From positions 50,096-70,095 of the forward strand of contig LVLI01000338.1 of assembly GCA_001687465.1 (NCBI GenBank): 20,000 nucleotides of DNA, given 5' to 3'. The notes under the pieces were generated by a model. That model was not told the origin of the DNA. It made no database searches and saw only the letters and a list, made by a program, of their open reading frames with translations. Source of the stretch: Halocafeteria seosinensis. Lineage: Eukaryota. A program made the position numbers and the translations under genes. Shown here in pieces: positions 8,952-17,670 of the stretch. Numbering within the stretch: position 1 is the first letter of the stretch; every line of letters begins with the position of its first letter.

Positions 8952-11900
8952 TCATTCCCAGACGGAAAACGGGTGTTCTTCATGACGCTTCAGCTGGTGA
9001 CGCCGCATGTAGATCAATTGTGGGTTGTGATACAGAGTCACTGCAAGCCAGCACTTTGCTCGGAGCCGTTGCATGTTACTGTTCTTGTAGGCTCGTTTCG
9101 ATATGCGTAATGGACCCTCAGACTCCAATGGTTTCTCAGCCATGGGATTCGTTCGTGGGGTGGAATCTTCGAGGCGCTTCTTCCGTTGCGCCTTGATATC
9201 TTCCCAGAGTGAGGAACATAAGACCATCACAATTGGGTTATTATGAAGATAGTCTATTAAGAGCATACTTCTGAAACTGTTATAAGCACCATCCAACGCA
9301 GCGAACTTAGCCGGAAGTTTAGTATCATCAATTCGAAGGAATTCTCCCAAACCGAAGACAAAATGAATCTGCAAAGTGGTAAAAGGAGAGCCGGTCAAGA
9401 GTTGAAATAAGTAGTACCGCACCCGCGGTTGAAATAACAACCTTACTTACAGTAAACCTTGCTAAGACCATACTTAGACCTGTCACCAAAGCAGTCATTG
9501 AGTGGACAACGTCGAACACCGAAAACAACCTCCGGTGTCGGATAACATTGCCGTTTATAATAAAACGAACGAGAATTAGCGATAAAATAGTATTCATCGC
9601 CGTTGTTGCTCCAACAAATCCGGTAAAATACTGAACCCACGGCTCGTTGCGAAGAAGACCCAGTTTTGGGTGCAGCAATATAGTCAGAACTGCTACCACC
9701 AAGGAAGTGAGAACGGTTATTCCTGTAGTTGCAAATGCTGCATGCCATACTTGCTGGGCAATAAACTGCGTGCTTTTAGCTAAGGACTGGTACTTGTTTA
9801 TGGTTGAGAATCCATCACGACCACGCAGAACCGTCTGCCGATACCTGTAGAAGAAGGAGCTCCATATTCCGGCATTGGTTAATACTGCAAAGAACGCTCC
9901 AAATCCTACTCCGACATACACTCCCAACTTTATAATTTCAACCCCTTGATCTATAGTCAAACCGCTACTTTGGATTGTTTGAATAAACGTAGATGCTGCT
10001 GGTAGTCTGCGTGCAATTGCGGTCTTACCCTCCTCCTCCAGACGACTAAGTTGCTCTCTCACAGCAGCGTTATCCATCGCTACATTCGCCGCCTGCTGAA
10101 TTATTTCCATGTCAACAGAACTTGCAGCCAGACCTGAAGCTTCAGCGGAAGCAGCATGAAGAGCTGCTTTTCCTTGGTCCAGTTCAAATGCGATGTGTCG
10201 GGAAACAGCAATGCCTGTTAAAATAACTAACATAGTCAAAACAATGCTCATTCCCAGACTAACCAGTAAGCGCTGCGGGAAGAAAAAGTCTGTTTTAGTT
10301 TCATACAGTTCGTGTTTCCGAGCTGGTGCAGTTTTTGCCAGCATGAATTTGTAGTACTTCTCTAAGAAAAACCCTTTAAGAATGTCGCAGGTACCTGCAC
10401 TTTTTCTGTCGTATAACTGGTGCAAATTGCGTTCAATTGCACTCCTCTTCTTGTCAATTCTTCGCGCTTTCTTCAGGAACTCCATTTCCACGGCCTGAGC
10501 ATGCTGTGATAGGGTACGTCCAGAAATCTCCGATAGTGAGTAGGATTCTGGTTGCAGAATGTATTCGGCGCGCGCTGGATCAGCTCTCTCCCATTGCGTT
10601 TGGTGCAGTAAAACTGACATAACATAATGCCGTCTGGCATTGCTCACCCTGTTCATCAAATAGAAGTCGTTGTAACGGCCGTCTGGCTCCCGTAACTCAG
10701 GGGGTACGTTAGCAGCGTCGAGCAATTCCTCTCGAAACTTTCGAAGCGTGTGATAATTTTCCGTGAATCGCTTACGTCCTAGAGAGAGCAAACGGTGAAC
10801 AAGATATTTAGAGTAGAGTAATCTTCTTCGATAGTAGGTGATGTTGTGGGCCACCCCAAGGTAACACCTCAAGGGGACTAGCGGGACACCATTTTCATTC
10901 AGTAGGATTGCAGTGCCCTTTTCACGCATCGTTCGTTTTGGAAACGTCAAACCACTTTCGGCCTCCGTATAGCTCCGACGAATACACAGTACCACAGAGA
11001 GACACTTGAGCACTATAGGGAAACAGCAGCAACAACATCCACGACGAGGTTTCTTTCCGCTGCTCACAGCGTCTGCTTTTGTAACCAAGTACTCCATCAC
11101 CACCACGCGAATATAAAGATACATGGCAAATAACGCACAAACCACTGCAGAAGTGATAACCGTCCCAAAGAATGGGTCTGGGTATGACAGATATCGCGCT
11201 TGCTCCGCCAAGAACGTGAATCCTGCCAATGCTAAAACAAGGAAAATAAACATGGACCAGAATGAGGCGCAAGTCATAGCGCACTTGGGGTTTCTCGTGT
11301 TGTTTCCTACTAGAAGAGGTAGAGAAAATATCAGACCGCCTACTACAAACTGCCACCAGTTTTCTAGGCCCCTCTGATTAATTTCCACTGGATTCACAAG
11401 AGTAACGGGGACAACCCTACTTCGTACGCCCTGAATAACGAAACGAAGGGTATATGCCCCACTACTTCCAGCAATGAAACGTAAATTATCAAATGAAGCG
11501 ACACCGTCTTTCCCGACAATAGCGGTGTTGCCAGCTAGCACTGCAAAACCACTCTCATCGTCATCCAACATTGCAGTTGCAACGGCGCTGGCGAAGGCGG
11601 GATTAGCCTTCTGAGTTCCACCGCGTAACGTCCCACCTACTCTAATTGGATCCTCCATGGGGCTATTCAGGAACACTTCACTAGCAACTTTCTCGTTGAG
11701 AACGTTGGTTTCTTCTATGAGAGTCTCAACTTTAAACGGAGTAGAAGGTTTGCTGCTGGCTCCAGATACTGTAAAAAATGCAAAGGAATAGTTTCCTCGG
11801 CCACCAGAAATTAGAATGGGATTAAAGATGGCAATTCCATCCTTTTCCGTATCCTGGGCAATAATGGAGGGGGCAATCTGTCCTCTGCGGTAGTCTTCTC

Positions 11901-14900
11901 TCTTTATCTCTTCACCATCCACTCCAATCTGCTTATGAATTTTCACATAGATCCTCTGACGAATGGCTGGAACGCCATCAGCCAGCGTAGCTTTCACACG
12001 GATTTCCCCCAGAGGAAGTTCGACATATCCATCCGAGGGATCTTCTGATAGGATAGTTAGGTGCTCTGCTGTGCTTTGCATCCTGAGCTCCGCATTAGAC
12101 GAGCACACACCTAAAGAGCAGAACCTTAGAGAGTAATCACCATCTATCTGAACGGGTGTTAAACTGGCTGAACCCACGCTTTGAAACACCGCCGTCATGT
12201 CCTTGATGAATGCGGTCCCGCTCGAGTTCGCCAAAGACCCATAGCAACAAGAAGGTACATACGGCTCTAGTATATGTTGAGTTAAGCGTCTTGGAACATG
12301 AAGCACAGGGTTCTGGATGTCAATACGCCAAAGCAAGGACAGCACGGCCCCCGCTCCCACTGGAGACTTCGCTGGATCTACGGTTATTACAAAAGCTGCA
12401 TCATTAATTGTGCTATCAGCGAACAAGATGATCTGCAGTATGGGCTGCTGAACAAACGGAAACGAGGGTGTAATTACCTTTGACGGCGGTTGCAACACGT
12501 GGATAGCACGGACAGGGTTAAGTACATCCATCTCCAGAAACTCGTGCGAGATGATGGTGCTATTTCCTGTGAGCACGCTAAACCGAAGGGTCATTTTGCC
12601 CATCCCACTACAAGCAGATCCTTGTGCAGCGCAAGGGTCTCCGGCAGCGATGAGTACATCTGGAAAGCGAGCAATCCCTTCATCGTCACTAGGATCGGAG
12701 AAGACTAAGTTGACCATACTGCCAGAGCATGTCTTTGGAGTCCGGTCCGGTACCTCAGAGTTCATACTACAAATAGCCCAATTCCCGTTGCCTATGCTCG
12801 TGGTGTTATCTGAGGATATGTACACCCTAGACCGAACTCCTTGAAGCGGACCACTTTCGCCAACGATTCTTACGGCCATATTGGACACCACGTCGAACCC
12901 AATCATCCTGGGAGAGCTATAGTTCAAACGATTTCCAGTGATGCGGACTTCGTTCACTTGGCGGAAATAAAACGATACTATCGTCCGATTCATTCTTATC
13001 CCATTTACTGAAATAGAAAACAGAAGCCACCCAGGTGTATCTGGAGCGACACGTCCTGAGACTGCAAGGTTGCCTCGTTGGTTCCAATAACTTGTGACGT
13101 TATCAAAAAACGCATCGGATACAATCGTAGTACATCCTTCCAACGAATATGGGAACGGTATGCATCGTTGCATGATACCTGAGTACGATGGATATTCCAA
13201 ATACAATTCGGTGTAGCTCAGTAGTTCAAAGCTGATATCGAAGTCCCCGTCGTTGATCGGATTGCCTTCAGGGTCCATCATGCGCAATTCCACTTTAGGG
13301 AGCTCTCCCTCATGACCGGAGAGCGAAATGGGTGAAGACAGTGTGCCTTCATGATTTGCTAAATTCACTGAGTACACGGATCCTACTGTAGGAGCCAGAG
13401 ACAGGGACATCCACTCAGAAGAGCACGGATAGGTGTTATTGGGGTTCCACGACGCAAACTTGACAAACAAGCTCTCTGGCGAACTAACAAATCCAGGTTC
13501 TAGGTATATTATAGCAAAGCCCTCCGAATCTGTCACTGACGGAGATGATTCCAGAGTGGTAGACTTCGAACAAATTACATGCACTCTCACTCCTTCCACA
13601 GGCTGTCCGTAGTAATTCGTAGCTTGGATTGTAACGTTACCAGAATTGTCCCCGCGTGGAGAAGCCAACGGAAAGACATGCTTTGAATGAATTTGGATAT
13701 TGGCACAAAATATGTCATTATCTACCCACAATTCGTTATGAACCTCTAGCCGTAGCGCTCCTAGCGGTGTATCATTTCCAAGTTCCGTAAAGCCAATGAG
13801 ATGCGTCCCGTTGTCAGAGGACGTGACACGAAACTCACTAAAGTGCATGAGCTGAAGACTCGCTGGCTCAGCAGTGTACGAAAGAGATACGGGAGCCAGC
13901 GCCTTCTTTTCCGATAGTGGAACGCCCAAGTAAGCTTCATATACGAAGGGGACAACTATCTTACCCGTAGGTGGGGCAGAACCTCCAGTGTCCAGAAACA
14001 AGATGGGGGTCTCCATAATGGAACCATCACAGCGCTGGTAGACTTTGTTGGGATCATACACACCCCCTTGCCAAGAGCGAAACGTACCAGGCTTTTCCAA
14101 GGATTCACTGCACTTTCTTGGGTCGGAGATGTGTGCCGTGAACGTGGTTATGTTTTGTAACTGAACATTGTCTGGAGACAATGCCAGGATGCCACTCAGC
14201 CGAGTCTTCACATTGATCGCTTCGGGAGCTCTCAATAATGCCTTGCCCGAGCTAAATTGCAGCAGGTATTCACCGGATGGGCCACGGATGGAAAACTGAA
14301 GGTTGGTAAAGCGAGCAATCCCATTCTTGTCAGACTGTAGTGAAATGGGATTCATCAGTTTCTTCGAGACGGATGACACCAGTTTGCCCCACGAATCCAC
14401 ATTAGCGGGGATCGTGCAATATACGCACATGGGCTGTGTATCGGAGTACTCTAGATCTAGCTCCCGAGCAATGTTGGCGAACACACGCTTCCCAGCTAGC
14501 GGATTTCCAGCAGCATCCAAGACTCTAATTGTGTATGGTGACGAGGAGGTTTCCTCCTCAAAGGCATCGCTTGGACCACTGACCCACTCCAGAGTGTGCA
14601 CAGCATCTTCGTAGTGGAACGGGAGGGTATTGTAGTACCCTGAAAAGCCTCCGCAATTCACAACAATCATATGACTCGTAGTCGATGCGGATTGAATTGT
14701 TGCACTGTCAAATGTTGCTATTCCCTCATGGTTGGAAAGTGCTTTTGCGTGACTGAAGACAGCGGCATTAATCTGTTCCTCTGATCCTGGGTAAGAGAAC
14801 TGTTTAGTCACGAGTTGACACTGTCTGCGAGCAAGAGGCTTCCCTTGGGCATTCTGGAGAAGAAATCGTTTTGCCGGAAGTGGCAGTTCAGGCCCAATTA

Positions 14901-15843
14901 GTAGCGGATCTCCATCAGTCTGTGCCGTTGCATCCGAAGCGATTTCCGTAATGCTTGTGATATCATTGACAAGTCTGAACATCCGTATGATGGTTAAAGT
15001 TTGAGCAGTTTCCGGTGGGAGAAAGGAATTACTCCTTGCTCGTAGCCTCACTTTCACATCAGCAGTAGATCCAGCAAATGTCAAGTTATTGACGCTTAAT
15101 ATACCATTGGAATCGGTAGTGAACTCTCGTGGCCCATCCATGTGCGGAGTCATCAGAAATTTTGCTTGGAGATACTCCATAGAATTTTCGACAAGCGGCA
15201 GGTGGTTCTCGCTGAGATGGCTTGTACTTGCTGTCACGGAAAGGTCAAAGTGAATCCCTACTGCACTAACGCCGGTGACGCCACTAAACCTGATCTGAAG
15301 CAGCGTGGGAATTCGCTCGCCACTATTGACCGTGGGTGGAATTCCGCTGAGCTCTCGCTGCTGAACGACGTGCCACTCACTACGAGGTAAGTTATACGGG
15401 TCTCTCAAGATCGAGTGGGTAACCAAAGAAGCTGCAATAAATCCAACCATGGTAAACACGGTCACCGTCAACGTTCTTGAGTAAACACGATCTTCCACAA
15501 GGTCCGCCAAGATGGGAAGTCGCCATGCTTTCCCGGTGCAGCAACAGCCGCAGCATCCGTCCTCACAACAACAACAGCGCCTTTTCCTCCTATCTCGATG
15601 CTTCGTTTTCTTCCCTGCGTCGCCTTGAATTCCACTGTCTATCTCCAGGGACGGTGCATGTTTCCGGGAAGACCGTGCCCAGTCTTGTGCCGGTCCGGCG
15701 TGGGTCGGCGAAGGGTTTCTCCCTTGGAATAAAGGCGACTGAACGAACACAGACGAAGATGAGCTATCCTCAGTATACCCATAATCCTCCTGAGCATGAG
15801 AATGACCTCCTTTGCTCTCGGAAACACCAGATTGAGTGGACAT
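8952..15843 (-). CDS. STRA6: STRA6/RBP-receptor-family multipass membrane protein fused to a giant Ig-like-repeat ectodomain; join(complement 9451..15843, 8952..9368), ~2269 aa (family-level call, not an orthology claim)
   Basis: ATG at 15843 (15846 is GTG). The splice joins ...LARFT|IHFVFG... in phase 0. The C-terminus has STRA6-family signatures: FFFPQRLLVS, YRQTVLRGRDG, IRHRRLFSVFD, RIDDTKLP..FAALDGAYNSFRSMLLIDYLHNNPIVMVLC, and RLRAKCWLAVTLYHNPQLIYMRR (compare the recalled vertebrate RARWGLAYTLLHNPTL). There is an N-terminal TM (~15420-15475) and multiple TMs from ~11358 downstream. Confidence 0.88.
9369..9450 (-). other. 82-nt spliceosomal intron of the STRA6-like gene
   Basis: Minus-strand donor ACT|GTAAGT at 9450, and polypyrimidine tract plus acceptor ctctccttttaccactttgcAG at 9369. 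Removing it fuses the 2172-aa and 162-aa track ORFs in frame and restores a continuous STRA6 motif series. Confidence 0.93.
11400..15330 (-). repeat. Array of at least 8 diverged invasin/Big-1-like Ig-fold repeats within the STRA6-like protein
   Basis: The motif [TS]DxxGxAxF(xxL)...GxYxLxF recurs: TDSNGILSVNNLTF, SNHEGIATFDSATI, SDKNGIARFTNLQF..GEYLLQF, TDSEGFAIIYL, SDDEGIARFPDVLI, NSSGTAFIKDM..GDYSLRF, TEKDGIAIFNPIL..GNYSFAF, GKDGVASFDNLRF..GAYTLRF. Also VLDAAGNPLAGKRV, MDPEGNPI and NYYGQPVEGVRV. Confidence 0.75.
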
Positions 15844-16000
15844 CACAACGTCGCAACTTCAACTTGGAAACACTGTTATGGGATATCGGGCTCCATGCCC
15901 TCATGAGAGACAGTGTTGCTCTACACATGTGTCAACATAAGCACCGTTTCACGGAGACAAATCAACTGACAATCCTCCAAATTTAGCCGAATATGGATCC

Positions 16001-16067
16001 CGCCGCCCCTCGTCGGCCCCGCCCGCGACCGTCGGCGGCGCGACGCGATGCGGGACTTCGCCGCGGG
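16001..16067 (-). promoter_or_regulatory. GC-rich, CpG-rich patch with GC-box-like motifs; probable promoter of the STRA6-like gene
   Basis: About 85% GC over 67 nt (10 A/T counted) in a roughly balanced-GC background. Contains ccgccc and ccccgccc. Lies ~160-225 bp upstream of ATG 15843. Confidence 0.4.
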
Positions 16068-16220
16068 AGTGTTGTTCGGTGGACCGACAGTCTCAAGATT
16101 CTGAGCTTGGGAAGTGTTCCTTCCCCCTTGTACACAAAAGAACACGCTCGCAGACTGTCAGACTGTGATGGCTTCGGGGAATCGAACAAGGGCTGGCACT
16201 TCTGAGCATGTCCTCGGTAG

Positions 16221-16801
16221 ACTAAAATCCTGACCACGAAGGGCAGGGAATTCTCTGCGAGGGACTTCAGGCAATATACAGCTGTTATTCGAGGAAGCCT
16301 TCAACGCGGATGGTCGTGGGAAACCTGGTACTTCGCAGCAAAGGCGCAGTCGCGGTATCCCCAGCTTCGTAAGAATCTACAACCAGAGTGCCAGGATGGC
16401 AATGTCTTCCTCATGAAGTACATATCCGTGGAGATCCTTGTGACGATACGATGTATATACTGCACACCGTGTCCGCAGGGAGAGGCTCCTAACAAGAATC
16501 ACACTGCGTGCGAAATTTGCGACGTCCACCAATACGCAGGGCATCTCGACTCTGAATGCCAGAACTGCGGATCCGGGAAAGTGCCTACAGCAGAGGGAGG
16601 TGGCTGTCGCCAATGTCCCAATACTGTACATGTAATTATTACGCCACTGATTCAGATTCGAAGTGTAGGAAGTGCCCTTCTGTCATGTTTTCAAACAGCA
16701 AAAGGGATGGATGCCGGCATTTTCTTGCTCACAGAAAAACCCTACCTGTAGTCACCGCTAACAAAAAGCGTCGCATGGTTCTGCCAGTACAGCGGAATTG
16801 A
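16221..16801 (+). pseudogene. Relic of a surface protein: probable GLUG-family C-cap followed by Cys-rich (GCC2_GCC3/ephrin-receptor-like) repeats, frameshifted and 5'-truncated
   Basis: The frame open from 16221 (after TAG 16218) reads AVIRGSLQRGWSWETWYFAAKAQSRYPQLRKNL...YCTPCPQGEAPNKNHTACEICDVHQYAGHLDSECQNCGSGKVPTAEGGGCRQCP. After a frameshift at ~16625 it continues NYYATDSDSKCRKCPSVMFSNSKRDGC. CxxC periodicity is clear, and no start or signal peptide is visible. Confidence 0.7.
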
Positions 16802-17292
16802 GCAGCCGGAATTCCACTCGGTGCGCAAAATGACACGACCGGCAGAGAATGGTCTTAAGGTGCGCGTAGAAAGAAACACGATATCTGGTACAGTCAACGC
16901 TTTGCTCCTTGAGACTTCATCCATGAAACTTACCGAGGGGGGGGAGTGTACAAACACGCGATAGCCTCTGTCTCCGTGACCGAGGAAGTCTCAAGTAACA
17001 AGAGGATGTTCTTTCCGATTCAACCATCCCGGAAGGAGCGAATCGAACTAAGGACTAGAGGTATTCAGCACAGTAAAGAAATTGTAACGTGCGGCTACTA
17101 TCACCAACACGTTTTCTGATTGTTACTGTACAGTGCCTGTACTTGAGTCAGTAACTTGACTTCCGTGTACAGTACCAAGTGGTGTAGTGTGTGTACCGGT
17201 ACGAGGATGAAATGAATTCGTGGCGATTGGGAAATGGTAGTGTTGCGCAGGTTATCTGTTTTCGAATACATTACAGTATACAACCGGTCTCG

Positions 17293-17355
17293 CCTATCAG
17301 CAACTACGGTTGAACTACCAGCGTCCTATCAGCAACTACGGTTGAACTACCAGCG
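17293..17355. repeat. Exact 31-bp direct tandem duplication (period 32) upstream of the VHS gene
   Basis: cctatcagcaactacggttgaactaccagcg at 17293-17323 and 17325-17355. Confidence 0.97.
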
Positions 17356-17670
17356 GTAACAAAGTGACGATTTCTCGAACTTCCAGACAAACAAGACATT
17401 GTTTTCGTCGACTGCACCTCAACAAAGACAGCACCTTTTTTGTCGCCTTTGGCATTCCCCTTTCTCTGTCCCTCCACATTCACAGAGCCTTATCTTGCGG
17501 TGGTTGAAGCTCGGCCGGAAGAATTCTACCTGTTTTTGGTCGTCTCGATTCTCGAAAAAGAAGAATCCAAAGTTTCGACTTCACTTTTTGTCGTTTTAAG
17601 CGCTATACCGCTTTATTTCCTTTACCATTTTGTCTTGAAAGTGTTGGTGGTCCATCTCGTCCATCCAACC

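Noticed and set aside
9328..9450. C-terminus VSKVVISTAG...RIPSN of the 2172-aa ORF
   Set aside because: This is read-through of the intron; the spliced form restores the STRA6 motifs.
278..15986. Numerous short ORFs overlapping the long genes on opposite strands or frames (e.g. 4306-4758, 5079-5504, 10922-11356, 15477-15986)
   Set aside because: These are shadow ORFs of real coding sequence with no independent domain signal.
17440..17670. Hydrophobic N-terminal extension of the VHS protein in the ORF track
   Set aside because: Non-ATG start and T-rich, UTR-like sequence. VHS domains are normally N-terminal, and ATG 17671 has good context.
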